DNA of 64,000 bases from an uncultured Bacteriovorax sp. (GTDB lineage Bacteria > Bdellovibrionota > UBA1018): assembly GCA_964432565.1 (NCBI GenBank), contig CAYSOA010000001.1:29630-93629 (forward strand). The letters are read 5' to 3'. The notes beneath the pieces are model-generated. The model saw nothing but the letters and a program-made list of their open reading frames with translations, was not told the origin of the DNA and did no database searches. Position numbers and translations under genes: made by a program. This document shows positions 32,120-42,644 of this stretch, one piece after another (positions within the stretch are counted from its first letter, which is position 1; each line of letters opens with the position of its first letter).

Positions 32120-33519
32120 GGTTCGTGCGGATCGTGCGGAAGCGATCCGCGAGGCGAACGCAGATAGATAAACGGAGTGGCCTCGAGAAAGTGTCCTACG
32201 CGGGACGTGTAGACATCCGCGTAGCGTTCGACCTGAAAGGCGAGGTGGCTCTTGTCGTTTCCCGCCCGCATGAGGGGACCCCAGATCGGATGGCCCAGTT
32301 CGGTGGAGGCCCTCGCAAGCGGTCCGATCTTCAGGTCAATGGCGTCCAGGGCCGATCGAACTTCGGAGAGTTTCAGTTGAAGCTGATCGGAATCAATGGC
32401 AACTGCGGCATAACCGCGCTGTGCTCGTTGTAATGCCAGTCTCATTTCGCATGCTTTCGCCTCGAGGGCCTCTTTCTGCTGCATGAGCCCTGAAAGCTCG
32501 TCCTGCCGGGGCTGAAAGACCTTGGCGGCGGCGACCTCCTCTTCTAGCTCTCGAAGAATCAGTGCCGTACGCCAGCGCAGGATGCTCTTGGTGACCTGTA
32601 CATCTCCGAAGACGTGGTCGCCGACATAGAGGATCTCGTCACCTGAGAGGCCGAGGTGTCCTTCGACTGCTCGGGCGCTGCCTCCGAAGTATACGGATCC
32701 GGGTTGCAAGGATCCGACCGTAGGACGCAGCAGGCCTTCGTCGTTGACCACCTCGAAGAACGAATTATTGGTCGAAAAGAAGTCGGGCTTTCTTGCGCTC
32801 ACAATGACCACGTCAAACAGATCCCGCCACTTCATGCCGTCGGGCAGGTGTCGATCGAAGGCATGAGCCATCATGGGTTTCGTGTATTGCCACTCTGAAT
32901 TGGTGATCAATAGAAGCTTCTTTCCTGCGGTTTTTTGGTCGAGCAGGGCCATGGGAACGTCGGGGTCGCTCTCGACGAACCGCTCGGGATGAGCGATGAT
33001 CTCGCTCTTGAGCCTCCCCTCTGCGTGTGCTGCATCGAGCGTGCGACGAATGCGATGATAGAGGTCGACGTAGCCCATGGGCTCCGGAAGTTTGCCCTCA
33101 TCCAGAAGATCGACGGCCTGGGCGTAAAAGCAGCCTTCCGAGAGAGAAAAGAAAGTGTTGAGGAACACCCACCGGGTTTCGTTCAGGTCGACGATGGTAC
33201 GCTGATAGGTCTGCCGAAGTTCGTCGAAGGCCAAGAGGCGGGTTCCGTGCAGTGCGCGTTTGACGAACCCGAAGCGGTTCGACTTCAAAATGTTTCCCTT
33301 GTGTGCGTCGATGACCAGTCCCCTGCGAATCAGCTCAGGATCGAACTTCAGATGCGCGACGGGCCAGCCCTCATCGACGAAGCGTTCCTTCAGGTACTCG
33401 TAGGCTCGCTCCTCCCATTTGGCGACGTCGTAATGGATGAGGGTGTAATCCATGTCGTAACCAATGGCCTGGATCGATCTGAGGTTGAGCGTACGGTTGC
33501 AAAAGAGGGATTCCGACAT
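32104..33519 (-). CDS. HAD-superfamily subfamily IG 5'-nucleotidase (cN-II-like)
   Basis: HAD motif I is embedded in GYDMDYTLIHY. The 471-aa length and overall pattern are typical of the PF05761 5'-nucleotidase family. Confidence 0.6.
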   Translation of the reverse strand: MSESLFCNRTLNLRSIQAIGYDMDYTLIHYDVAKWEERAYEYLKERFVDEGWPVAHLKFDPELIRRGLVIDAHKGNILKSNRFGFVKRALHGTRLLAFDELRQTYQRTIVDLNETRWVFLNTFFSLSEGCFYAQAVDLLDEGKLPEPMGYVDLYHRIRRTLDAAHAEGRLKSEIIAHPERFVESDPDVPMALLDQKTAGKKLLLITNSEWQYTKPMMAHAFDRHLPDGMKWRDLFDVVIVSARKPDFFSTNNSFFEVVNDEGLLRPTVGSLQPGSVYFGGSARAVEGHLGLSGDEILYVGDHVFGDVQVTKSILRWRTALILRELEEEVAAAKVFQPRQDELSGLMQQKEALEAKACEMRLALQRAQRGYAAVAIDSDQLQLKLSEVRSALDAIDLKIGPLARASTELGHPIWGPLMRAGNDKSHLAFQVERYADVYTSRVGHFLEATPFIYLRSPRGSLPHDPHEPHDGR

Positions 33520-33577
33520 GCCTCAGAGTTTAGCGGGATCGCTGGCATCCGACGAGGAACGATTTATCAGGAGTGCG

Positions 33578-34165
33578 TCAGTTCTTGAGCGAAAAGACGA
33601 AGGACAGGCGGTAGCGCCCACCCGCCATTCCCGGCATGGCCGCGAGAGAGTCTGGCGGGTGCAGCCGGGTTTCCTTTAAGAATCGCATTGCCGACGCATC
33701 CAGCCGAGGATGGCCGCTCGATGTCTCGAGTTCGATCGCCTCGGCCGTTCCGCCCTCCGTCAGCGTAAAGGCCAGTGTCACGGTGCCCTGCTCTCCAGAT
33801 CGTCGCGACAGTAGCGGATAGTCCGGGGTACCAGACGGAATCAGCAGGTCACCGCCGGGCCGCAGGTTCGCGGGGCCGGTTCCAGAGTTCGCCGAACTAC
33901 CGGACGGCGAAGCGCCCCGTTGAGTCCGCCCAGCAGGCCACTCGTCCTGGCTTCGGGGCCTTTCTCGGGGCGCGGCAGTAGAGCGGGGAGCAGGGCTCAA
34001 TGCCCCCTGGACGCTCCACTCGACCGCCCCTAATGGGTGGGCTGAGCCGAGACGCAGGCGTTGTTCGATCCAGCCGCCCTCAGCCCAAAGGCCCCACGAC
34101 CCTGCGGCGCCGAGCGCGGCATGAAGTGCGAGTGACAGGGCGACGGGGGCGGCCAATCGATGCAT
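33578..34165 (-). CDS. tonB: energy transducer TonB
   Basis: An N-terminal TM anchor, a Pro-rich spacer and a C-terminal TonB domain (GTVTLAFTLTEGGTAEAIELETSSGHPRLDASAMRF) are present. The gene is immediately downstream of the receptor gene. Confidence 0.7.
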   Translation of the reverse strand: MHRLAAPVALSLALHAALGAAGSWGLWAEGGWIEQRLRLGSAHPLGAVEWSVQGALSPAPRSTAAPRERPRSQDEWPAGRTQRGASPSGSSANSGTGPANLRPGGDLLIPSGTPDYPLLSRRSGEQGTVTLAFTLTEGGTAEAIELETSSGHPRLDASAMRFLKETRLHPPDSLAAMPGMAGGRYRLSFVFSLKN

Positions 34166-34171
34166 TGAGGC

Positions 34172-36076
34172 TCAGATCTCCTTCTGAAGCCCGAAGTAAA
34201 ACGATCTTCGGGCCGTACCGTATCCGGCGACCTCCTCGTACTCGCGGTCGAGTAGATTGTCGAGCCTTCCGAAGGCCTTGTACCCATCGCCGATTGAGTA
34301 CGAGGCGTCGGCATTGAAGACAGTGTAGGAGGGCATGCGGATGGTAGCGAAGGTGGCGGGATCGGTATCCTTTCGGGCGCCGACGAATCGACCCGCGACG
34401 CCCCAATCCAGTTTCTCGAACGAGCGAGCTCGAAGCGATACCGTCAAGGCATGCTTCGGGCGCCTCAACAGTTCTTCTGCGATGTCGTTGTTTCTTGCTT
34501 GAAGAAAGGTGTGGTTGATCGCGAGGGTCAAATCTCCCATGGATCGGTAGTTCAAGCTGGTTTCGAGGCCACGGGTCGTTGCCGAGCTGATGTTCTTATA
34601 CTTGAACGAATCGTTCGGATCGCCCTGAATCAAGTTAGAAAAGCGATTTTCAAACCAGGTCGTTTGAAACGAAAGTCCTCTCCCGACTTCCTGAATCACG
34701 GTGAAGTCATAAGAGAGACTCGTTTCCGGTGAGAGGGCCTGGCTTCCGTAGGTGGGGGCATAAAGTTGGTCGAGACTAGGAATCTTGAACCCTCTGCCGA
34801 CGCTGCCCTTGAATGTACTGCCCGTCGTTTCGAAGCGATAGCCCGGGCCGAACCGATAGGTCAGCTGGTCACCAAAGCCGTGAAAGCGGTCTCCTCGCAG
34901 GGCCACGCTTGCGAATGCGCTTCCCAGTCTCCATCGATCCTCGGCAAAAAGCCCCGTGATCGATTGGCTGGCAGAGGGGATCTGCGTGATCCAGCCTTCA
35001 TAGTTGTCATAAACCGAAGCCCGTTCGATCTGGCTGTCCATTCCAAGAATCAACGTGTGAGTTTCGTTCAATGCCCACTGATTGAGCTGCTCTACTCGAA
35101 GCCGAGCCCCATGGTATCTCGCATCCGAGGGAGTGGTGTGAACAGCGTCGGCCTCATTGTCGTTTCGGCGGTAGGTTTTGAAATACGAGACGGCGAGACT
35201 GGGCTCCCACGTCTCATGTCCCTGGTAGCGCAGCTCGGCCCGCGCTGTGCCCTGCGTCTCGGTCTGAAGGTAGTTCGGATCATCTCCGCCGGGACCTCCC
35301 GAATAGGGAAGCTCGGTTCGAGCTCGATAAGAGCGAACAGTCGTCTGAAGCTTCCAGTGCTCCGCGAGCTGCGATTCGGTGGATAGGGTTCCGGAGAGTG
35401 TTGAATAACCGTTATTCAAGCGATTTCCGGACGTTGGAGATGCGGCTGGAAATCCGTCGCTCTCGTCGTATCCGGCGCTCACGTTGACCACAGTGCTCCC
35501 CAGTTTCTGGGCGACGAGCGCAGATGCCCTGCGGGTCGCGAAAGCGCCGTATTCAGCAAAGATTGACGCTGAATCGGTGGTTTGCCTTCTGGTGATGATG
35601 TTGATGACCCCACCAATGGCATTTGCGCCGTGGACGCCACTTTGAGAGCCGCTGAGTACTTCAATCCGATCGACCTGCCGGGCCGTCAACCGTCCGAAGT
35701 CATAGCCTCGGCCTGGATTTGAGGGGTCATTCATGATGACCCCGTCCACCATGATGAGCGTCTGCTGGTAGGCGGCCCCGCGAATGTAGACGGAAGAGAG
35801 CTGGCCCGCACCGCCCGAATTGATGACGGTTAGGCCAGGGGTGGAACGAAGAATCTCGAAAATGGGTCTTCCCGACTGCCGATCAGACTCGGTGGGCTCG
35901 ATTACGGTGATGGATTGCGCCACTTCCGATTGAGGAGTCGCCACCCGGCTTGCGGTAACAACGACCGGCTCGAGCGTTTCACTTTCCTCAGCCAGCGCCA
36001 AAGTATGGAGCGGTAGGGCTGCCAAAGCACCAATAACGAGGGGTGAGTGGAAGAGCCTGATGAGCAATCGTTTCAC
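34172..36076 (-). CDS. btuB: TonB-dependent receptor (BtuB-like, cobalamin/cobinamide uptake)
   Basis: A signal peptide, a TonB box (ETLEPVVVTASR), a plug domain, a 22-strand barrel and a C-terminal aromatic residue are present. A cobalamin riboswitch lies in the 5' leader. The start codon is GTG. Confidence 0.75.
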   Translation of the reverse strand: MKRLLIRLFHSPLVIGALAALPLHTLALAEESETLEPVVVTASRVATPQSEVAQSITVIEPTESDRQSGRPIFEILRSTPGLTVINSGGAGQLSSVYIRGAAYQQTLIMVDGVIMNDPSNPGRGYDFGRLTARQVDRIEVLSGSQSGVHGANAIGGVINIITRRQTTDSASIFAEYGAFATRRASALVAQKLGSTVVNVSAGYDESDGFPAASPTSGNRLNNGYSTLSGTLSTESQLAEHWKLQTTVRSYRARTELPYSGGPGGDDPNYLQTETQGTARAELRYQGHETWEPSLAVSYFKTYRRNDNEADAVHTTPSDARYHGARLRVEQLNQWALNETHTLILGMDSQIERASVYDNYEGWITQIPSASQSITGLFAEDRWRLGSAFASVALRGDRFHGFGDQLTYRFGPGYRFETTGSTFKGSVGRGFKIPSLDQLYAPTYGSQALSPETSLSYDFTVIQEVGRGLSFQTTWFENRFSNLIQGDPNDSFKYKNISSATTRGLETSLNYRSMGDLTLAINHTFLQARNNDIAEELLRRPKHALTVSLRARSFEKLDWGVAGRFVGARKDTDPATFATIRMPSYTVFNADASYSIGDGYKAFGRLDNLLDREYEEVAGYGTARRSFYFGLQKEI

Positions 36077-36089
36077 GCCGAGTCCTTTC

Positions 36090-36300
36090 GTCGATGCCAG
36101 TCACGACGAAAGGGGATCGAGGGGCCTGCGTGAGCACGCTCCCCGGTTCCCGGATCCAGAATCCCTTTCCACGAGGACTCGACCCCTAACGTCATCAGGC
36201 GATTAAGCTTCAGCAGGCGATCGGACTTTAACCGTTGCGGGCCAGCGCCGGAATTTCACCGGACTTCAGCACTACTGAGGCGATCTTGTCGAGGGTAAGG
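36090..36300 (-). promoter_or_regulatory. cobalamin (B12) riboswitch in btuB leader
   Basis: The minus-strand sequence GGTGAAATTCCGGCGCTGGCCCGCAACGGTTAAAGTCCGATCGCCTGC matches the cobalamin riboswitch core (GGTGnAAnTCC...GCnGnCCCGCnnCnGT, with a B12-box variant). A downstream perfect 10-bp hairpin (CCTTTCGTCG/CGACGAAAGG) sequesters the AAAGG RBS of the GTG start. Confidence 0.6.
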
Positions 36301-36353
36301 CCTGATTGAGGGCTCTGTCAAACGGGCTATCTTTCGGCCGACCCGGGTCAAGC

Positions 36354-36830
36354 TCAGAGCAGTTTTTCGATCTCTTTTTCGAGTGAGGCTGGCGTGGTCT
36401 GGGGCGCGAATCGTTCAACGACGTTCCCCTGGCGATCGATCAGAAACTTCGTGAAGTTCCACTTGATGCCTTCGGTGCCGAGGATGCCCTTCTCTTCTTT
36501 TTTTAGAAACTGATAGAGCGGGTGCGTAGCCGGTCCATTGACATCGATTTTGGCAAACATCGGAAAGGTAACGTCGTACTTCAGCTTGCAGAAGTTCTTG
36601 ATCTCTTCTTCGTCCCCCGGCTCCTGCGCCCCGAATTGGTTGCAGGGAAAGCCGAGGATCTCGAGGCCGCGGTCGCGATACTTTCGGTAGAGGGCTTCGA
36701 GGCCCGCATACTGCGGAGTGAAGCCGCAGGCGCTGGCGACATTCACGATCAGCAGTACCTTTCCTTCGTAGGTCTTCAGGGGCGTCAGAGTTCCGTCGAT
36801 GGCTTTGGCCTCAAAATCATAAATTTTCAT
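36354..36830 (-). CDS. gpx: glutathione peroxidase (BtuE-like)
   Basis: A GPx active-site block ([13 protein letters not shown]) and FPCNQFG are present. The start is MKIYDF; the ORF is open to a TTG at 36866. Confidence 0.8.
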   Translation of the reverse strand: MKIYDFEAKAIDGTLTPLKTYEGKVLLIVNVASACGFTPQYAGLEALYRKYRDRGLEILGFPCNQFGAQEPGDEEEIKNFCKLKYDVTFPMFAKIDVNGPATHPLYQFLKKEEKGILGTEGIKWNFTKFLIDRQGNVVERFAPQTTPASLEKEIEKLL

Positions 36831-36889
36831 GTTCCAGAGCGTAGTTCGGCCAGCCGTCGTTGACAAGCGCTGACGGGCATTGACAAGCC

Positions 36890-36928
36890 AGCCGCTGCGC
36901 CAAAAACTAGGAATTTGGAGGGTTTCTG
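36890..36928 (+). promoter_or_regulatory. candidate sigma70-type promoter and RBS for lipoprotein gene
   Basis: A TTGACA at 36890 is followed by a spacer of about 18 nt and an A/T-rich -10-like element. A GGAGGG RBS sits 7 nt before the GTG at 36929. A second TTGACA lies 20 nt upstream. Confidence 0.3.
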
Positions 36929-38101
36929 GTGAAGGTGCGTCGCAGGATCGGAATGGCGCTTCGTGGCGTGGTGGCCGCTGCCCTGGTGGGCGGCATGTTG
37001 ACCGCCTGCGGCGGCGCGACAGGAACGGTTAAGCCTCATCTGATACGTTTGACTTCGTCTGCGCCGGACGGCGCCGCTCCTGACGCTCAGGATCCTGCTC
37101 CTCCGCTGCCCACTCCCACGCAGACTCCCCTGGAGGCAGGATCCGATCTGATTTTGGATTCCTTGAAGATTCCCATCCGGGCGTTGGAGCTTCTGGGAGA
37201 CGACGACGCGTCAGCTGAGATCTACTATTGCGGCGCAGACTCCGCCGAAGGGTGTCTCGTGAACCTCGCCGGTGTCGCTGATACAGATCTTTTGGGTGGT
37301 GAGGCAGTTGAGGTTGAGGCAGGTGCCTACAGTCAGCTCGTCGTTCACACGTGTTTTGACGAGGGGGAGTATTCGGCTTCGGTCAAGGGAAGCGCGTTTA
37401 TCGGCGAGTCGGATCTTTATATGACCAAGAGTGATGGAATCCCAACCTCTTCGGGTGAGATTGAGACCACATCCATTGACGTCAGTCAGTGCCGGTACAC
37501 GTTTGATCTGCCGTCTACGCTTGAGGTGGGCGAGGGGGAGAGCAAAGACCTGAAGCTGTACTTTGACTTGCGAAATATGGCGTGGCTCGGTTTGAAGTCC
37601 GCCGTTGACGCCGATCCAACGCCTGCCATCTGGTCGAGCCGTGGGTGTTCGGGCAACGAAGGGGGTTCTTACAATTCGAGCTTTGATGCGTTTGTGTGCT
37701 TTGGGTTTCCGATTTTTCACATCTCCACCGGCAACGCTCCTACTCTTGAGCGTTACCGAATCAATAATCGAGCGATTCTCGGGCTCTATTTCGATTCACC
37801 TGACTACGCTGACGGAGTGAAAACTCCGGTCGGCGGATACCTCAGACGCTACTACGGAAGCGAAAGTCCGGGCGGGGAGGCCTTCGGCTTTGATGTGCCG
37901 TTGAGAAGCGTGTCCAGGAACAACGACGGCACCTATTCGATCGCGAGCGCCGGTGCCAGTGCGAACTCGGCAAGTTATTTTGCTACCGCAGATTTTCCGG
38001 GCGATCTGAACTTCACCGACAAGAATACCGAAAACGGCACCTTCACTGGCGCCCTATCGGGAAGCGGCTCGAACGCCTGCCTTGCCGTGAGGCTCGAATA
38101 A
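36929..38101 (+). CDS. hypothetical lipoprotein
   Basis: The lipobox LTAC follows [23 protein letters not shown]. The mature protein is Gly/Ser/Asp-rich and about 360 aa. Confidence 0.45.
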   Translation: MKVRRRIGMALRGVVAAALVGGMLTACGGATGTVKPHLIRLTSSAPDGAAPDAQDPAPPLPTPTQTPLEAGSDLILDSLKIPIRALELLGDDDASAEIYYCGADSAEGCLVNLAGVADTDLLGGEAVEVEAGAYSQLVVHTCFDEGEYSASVKGSAFIGESDLYMTKSDGIPTSSGEIETTSIDVSQCRYTFDLPSTLEVGEGESKDLKLYFDLRNMAWLGLKSAVDADPTPAIWSSRGCSGNEGGSYNSSFDAFVCFGFPIFHISTGNAPTLERYRINNRAILGLYFDSPDYADGVKTPVGGYLRRYYGSESPGGEAFGFDVPLRSVSRNNDGTYSIASAGASANSASYFATADFPGDLNFTDKNTENGTFTGALSGSGSNACLAVRLE

Positions 38102-38107
38102 CCGGTT

Positions 38108-41100
38108 CTACATGTTTCGGCGGTACTGTCCGCCCACTTCGAAGAGCGCCTGAGTGATCTGTCCGAGCGAACAGACCTTGGTTGCTTCCATCAGCTCATC
38201 GAAGAGATTTTCTCCTTGAAGTGCTGCGCCGTGAAGTGAGGCGAGGGCAGATTTAGACTCCTCGTTGCGCAGCCGGTGCAGGGCCTCGAGCATCTCAATT
38301 TGGTATTCCTTCTCCTCGGTCGTCGCACGAATGACTTCACCTGGAATGACGGTTGGTGACCCTTCGGAGGAGAGGAACGTATTCACCCCGACGATCGGAT
38401 ACTCGCCGGTGTGCTTGAGGGTTTCGTAATAGAGCGACTCTTCCTGAATCTTGCCGCGCTGGTACATTGTCTCCATGGCGCCCAGAACGCCCCCGCGTTC
38501 GGTAATCCGGTCGAACTCCTTGAGGACGGCTTCTTCAACCAGATCAGTCAGCTCCTCGATGATGAATGAACCCTGCAGGGGGTTCTGGTTCTTCGCAAGC
38601 CCCAGCTCGTGATTGATGATCAGCTGAATGGCCATGGCACGCCGAACCGATGCCTCGGTCGGCGTCGTGATCGCTTCATCATAGGCGTTCGTGTGAAGCG
38701 AGTTGCAATTGTCAAAGATGGCGTAGAGTGCCTGAAGCGTCGTCCGGATGTCGTTGAAATCGATCTCCTGGGCATGCAGGGATCGTCCCGAAGTCTGGAT
38801 GTGGTACTTCAGCATCTGCGAGCGCGAGTCAGCACCGTATTTGTGCTTGAGCGCCTTCGCCCAGATTCTTCGTGCGACCCGACCGATCACCGAATACTCG
38901 GGATCCACGCCGTTCGAGAAGAAGAACGACAGGTTTGGTGCGAAGTGGTTGATATCCATTCCACGCGACACGTAGTACTCGACGAAGGTAAACCCGTTGG
39001 CCAGCGTGAACGCCAGTTGGGTGATCGGGTTCGCTCCCGCTTCCGCGATGTGGTAGCCCGAAATCGAAACCGAGTAGAAGTTCTTCACCGCGTTCCGGAT
39101 GAAGTACTCTTGAATGTCACCCATCATTCTAAGGGCGAATTCAGTTGAAAAGATGCAGGTGTTCTGGGCCTGGTCTTCCTTGAGAATATCAGCCTGTACC
39201 GTTCCGCGAACCTGCGTCAGCGTTCGAGCCCTGATTCTTTCGTAGACCTCACGAGGCAGAACCTCATCTCCGGTCACCCCAAGAAGCATCAGCCCGAGAC
39301 CGTCGTTTCCGGGGGGAAGCTCACCCTGGTAGCGAGGACGTGGGAGTGCTTTTGCCTTAAAGAGGGCCTCGATTTTCTTCTCGATCTCTTCGACGAGTCC
39401 CTGCTCTCGAATATAAAGCTCGCATTGCTGGTCAATGGCCGCGTTCATGAAGAACCCAACCAACATCGGAGCCGGACCGTTGATCGTCATTGAGACCGAG
39501 GTCTTGGGGTCGCAGAGGTTAAAGCCCGAATAGAGCTTCTTGGCGTCGTCGAGGCAGCAGATCGAAACGCCTGCATTTCCGATCTTTCCGTAGATGTCAG
39601 GGCGTCGATCCGGATCAAAGCCGTAAAGAGTGGTGGAGTCGAACGCGGTCGACAGGCGCTTGGCCGGCATGGCGCGCGAAACATAGTGGAACCGACGATT
39701 CGTGCGCTCGGGGCCGCCTTCTCCGGCGAACATGCGAGTCGGGTCTTCTCCCTCGCGTTTGAACGGAAAGACACCGGCCGTGTACGGAAACTCTCCGGGC
39801 ACGTTTTCCTGCAGGCTCCAGCGAAGGATGTCACCCCAAGCGCGGTAGCGCGGGAGAGAGACCTTGGGAATTTCGAGCTGTGAAAGCGACCGGGTATGCG
39901 TCTCGATCTGGATGTCGCGCCCGCGAACCTGATAGGTAAAGACCGGGTCGCGGTAGGCACGTACCTTGGCCTCCCAAGCAGAAAGGATCTTCCTGCACTC
40001 GGGATCGAGTGACTGCTCGAGGCTTGATGCCTGCTCTTCGAGCACCTGGCGGGCAGGTCCCATTGCTTCGGACTCGCCGATCAGAGCCAGGGTCTCGCGA
40101 AGGGATTGAAGCTTCTGTGCGGCCTCCGCCTGACGGTGTGCCCAGTCGTCATAGCGGCGGATGGTTTCGGTGATCTCTGAAAGGTAGCGGGTGCGCTCGG
40201 GGGGGATGATGTGAATCTTGGCGGATTCTTCCTGGGTGGCGGAGATTTGTGATTCGAAGCGGGTGCCCGTCTTCTTAGTAATCGTATCGATGAGCGTACG
40301 GTAGAGGCGATTCATTCCGGGGTCGTTGAACTGCGAAGCGATGCTGCCCACTACGGGAAGCGCCTCATCGGCGCCGTCGAAGACCTTGTGGTTGCGTCGG
40401 TACTGCTTTCGCACGTCCCTCAGGGCGTCATGGCCGCCCCGCTTGTCGAATTTATTGAGTGCAACCACGTCCGCGAAGTCGAGCATGTCGATTTTTTCGA
40501 GCTGTGTCGCCGCACCGTATTCGGGGGTCATCACGTAAAGCGAAACATCGGAATGCTCGGTGATTTCGGTGTCGCTCTGGCCGATGCCGGAGGTTTCGAG
40601 GATAATGAAGTCGAAGTCGGCCGCCTGTGCAATGGTGAGGGCCTCTTTGACATGCTTCGATAGCGCGAGATTCGCCTGACGCGTCGCCAGCGATCTCATG
40701 AAAACGCCCGAGTGATGAACCGAGTTCATTCGGATCCGGTCTCCGAGAAGGGCTCCCCCGGTTTTGCGTTTGGACGGGTCCACCGAAATGACGGCGACGG
40801 TCTTTTGTGGAAAGTCGATCGTGAAGCGACGCACCAGCTCGTCGATGAGGGACGATTTTCCGGCACCGCCTGTTCCCGTGATCCCCAGCACCGGCGCCTT
40901 CTCAGAACGAGAGTCAGCGATGGAATGAATGGCTTGAAGAAGAGCGATGTTCTCTTCCGGTGCATTCTCGGCACCCGAGATCGCCTGTCCGATCGCCCGG
41001 GCCTCGCGCTTTGCGAGACGTTCAAGAAAGGCTTCGAGTTCTGCTCCCTGCTGGGGCAGGTCGCGACCCGTCGGAAAGTCACTTTTTTGCAGAAGGTCAT

Positions 41101-41518
41101 TGATCATTCCCTGCAGGCCCATCTCGCGCCCGTCATCGGGCGAATAGATTCGGGTGACTCCGGCAGCGTGCAGTTCCTCGATTTCAGAGGGGAGAATCAC
41201 GCCGCCACCACCGCCGAAAATTCGGATGTGCGGGCAGCTGCGCTCTCGAAGCAGTTCGACCATGTACTTGAAGTATTCGACGTGTCCGCCCTGGTACGAA
41301 GTCATGGCGATGGCCTGAGCGTCTTCCTGAATGGCGCAGTCGACGACTTCAGCGACCGAGCGATTGTGTCCCAGATGGATGACCTCTGCCCCGGAGGACT
41401 GCAGGATTCGGCGCATGATATTGATGGCGGCGTCGTGCCCGTCAAACAGGGATGCGGCCGTCACAATGCGGATCTTGTTTTTTGCCTGGTAAGCTGCGAC
41501 TTCTGGGTGCTGAGCCAT
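38108..41518 (-). CDS. icmF: fused isobutyryl-CoA mutase (B12-binding domain + MeaB-like GTPase + mutase catalytic domain)
   Basis: The 1136-aa ORF has an N-terminal cobalamin-binding Rossmann domain ([18 protein letters not shown]), a central P-loop G-protein ([13 protein letters not shown]) and a C-terminal acyl-CoA mutase TIM barrel. Confidence 0.8.
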   Translation of the reverse strand: MAQHPEVAAYQAKNKIRIVTAASLFDGHDAAINIMRRILQSSGAEVIHLGHNRSVAEVVDCAIQEDAQAIAMTSYQGGHVEYFKYMVELLRERSCPHIRIFGGGGGVILPSEIEELHAAGVTRIYSPDDGREMGLQGMINDLLQKSDFPTGRDLPQQGAELEAFLERLAKREARAIGQAISGAENAPEENIALLQAIHSIADSRSEKAPVLGITGTGGAGKSSLIDELVRRFTIDFPQKTVAVISVDPSKRKTGGALLGDRIRMNSVHHSGVFMRSLATRQANLALSKHVKEALTIAQAADFDFIILETSGIGQSDTEITEHSDVSLYVMTPEYGAATQLEKIDMLDFADVVALNKFDKRGGHDALRDVRKQYRRNHKVFDGADEALPVVGSIASQFNDPGMNRLYRTLIDTITKKTGTRFESQISATQEESAKIHIIPPERTRYLSEITETIRRYDDWAHRQAEAAQKLQSLRETLALIGESEAMGPARQVLEEQASSLEQSLDPECRKILSAWEAKVRAYRDPVFTYQVRGRDIQIETHTRSLSQLEIPKVSLPRYRAWGDILRWSLQENVPGEFPYTAGVFPFKREGEDPTRMFAGEGGPERTNRRFHYVSRAMPAKRLSTAFDSTTLYGFDPDRRPDIYGKIGNAGVSICCLDDAKKLYSGFNLCDPKTSVSMTINGPAPMLVGFFMNAAIDQQCELYIREQGLVEEIEKKIEALFKAKALPRPRYQGELPPGNDGLGLMLLGVTGDEVLPREVYERIRARTLTQVRGTVQADILKEDQAQNTCIFSTEFALRMMGDIQEYFIRNAVKNFYSVSISGYHIAEAGANPITQLAFTLANGFTFVEYYVSRGMDINHFAPNLSFFFSNGVDPEYSVIGRVARRIWAKALKHKYGADSRSQMLKYHIQTSGRSLHAQEIDFNDIRTTLQALYAIFDNCNSLHTNAYDEAITTPTEASVRRAMAIQLIINHELGLAKNQNPLQGSFIIEELTDLVEEAVLKEFDRITERGGVLGAMETMYQRGKIQEESLYYETLKHTGEYPIVGVNTFLSSEGSPTVIPGEVIRATTEEKEYQIEMLEALHRLRNEESKSALASLHGAALQGENLFDELMEATKVCSLGQITQALFEVGGQYRRNM

Positions 41519-41786
41519 GACTGATCAGCTACCAAAAAAGCAGCAAAACAGCGAGCTTGAGGCCATGTCCCCCCCTCAAAATCACGCCTCGGCGATCGAA
41601 GCCCTGCACGAGCAGGCTTGCGAGCGTGGGGAACGCTTCTACCTCGACCCGGCGACCCGGTATTGGGTCACGACCCGGTTTGCGCATCTGCAGCGGGGAT
41701 ATTGCTGCGGTAATGGGTGCCGGCACTGCCCGTGGAATCATGAGGCGGTTCGAAATCCGCCGGGAAGCCGAATCGGAAAGAAATGA
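41517..41786 (+). CDS. DUF5522-like cysteine-rich small protein
   Basis: The conserved [12 protein letters not shown] motif is present in an 89-aa ORF. It is divergent from, and overlaps, the icmF start. Confidence 0.45.
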   Translation: MTDQLPKKQQNSELEAMSPPQNHASAIEALHEQACERGERFYLDPATRYWVTTRFAHLQRGYCCGNGCRHCPWNHEAVRNPPGSRIGKK

Positions 41787-42583
41787 AGCGGCGTCGCATG
41801 GTCGACATGCTCGGGCGAGTTTTAGATATTCCGTTGCAGCCGCATCGGGTGGTGTCGCTCTGTCCTTCGCAGACGGAAACTCTTTTCGAATTGGGTTTGG
41901 GCGGACGTGTGGTGGGCCTGACTCGGTACTGCATTCATCCCGGCGACGGGGTTCGGAATGTTGCCAAAGTGGGCGGCACGAAGAAGGTGGATCTCGAACT
42001 CGTGAGATCCCTACATCCGGATCTCATCATTGCAGAGAAGGAGGAGAACCCTCGCGAGATGGTCGAGGCCCTGTCCGATCTGGCGCCCGTTTTCGTGACC
42101 AACGTGGAAGATCCCCTCTCGGCCTTTCAGATGATCGAGCGACTGGGCGACCTGACGGGCTGCGAGGCGCGTGCGGGCAAGCTGGTCGAGGAAATTCAGA
42201 GTGCTTGGGGGGCGATTCAGAAGCCCGATTGCAAGCGCCGAGTGGCCTATCTGATCTGGCGAAATCCCTGGATGGCTGCAGGACCGACCACCTACATTGA
42301 CTCCTTGATTCGCCATCTAGGCTGGCAGAACGTCTTTGGTGACAGCCCGGAGTCTGGCAGTCGCTATCCCGAATTCCTCCTGGAGGATCTCCATCGGGCC
42401 CAACCCGAGCTGGTTCTGCTGTCTTCAGAGCCGTTTCCGTTTCGTGACCGGCATCTCGATGAGGTGCGGAGTGCCGTCCCTGGTGCTCGAGTGCTACTGA
42501 CCGATGGAGAGCCCTGGTCGTGGTATGGGGCTCGAATGCGGGAGTTCCCGGGGCTCGTTCGTGATCTCAAGAGTTCCCTCTGA
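41783..42583 (+). CDS. cobalamin-binding periplasmic protein (BtuF-like, helical-backbone ABC substrate-binding family)
   Basis: The N-terminus RVVSLCPSQTETLFELGL and a 266-aa class III SBP pattern match the family. No cognate permease or ATPase is present in the window. Confidence 0.6.
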   Translation: MKRRRMVDMLGRVLDIPLQPHRVVSLCPSQTETLFELGLGGRVVGLTRYCIHPGDGVRNVAKVGGTKKVDLELVRSLHPDLIIAEKEENPREMVEALSDLAPVFVTNVEDPLSAFQMIERLGDLTGCEARAGKLVEEIQSAWGAIQKPDCKRRVAYLIWRNPWMAAGPTTYIDSLIRHLGWQNVFGDSPESGSRYPEFLLEDLHRAQPELVLLSSEPFPFRDRHLDEVRSAVPGARVLLTDGEPWSWYGARMREFPGLVRDLKSSL

Positions 42584-42644
42584 TTTCAGCTACATAGCGT
42601 TATTGGACTAAAGGGAATCGCCCTTCCGGCCGATAGGATTTTGG

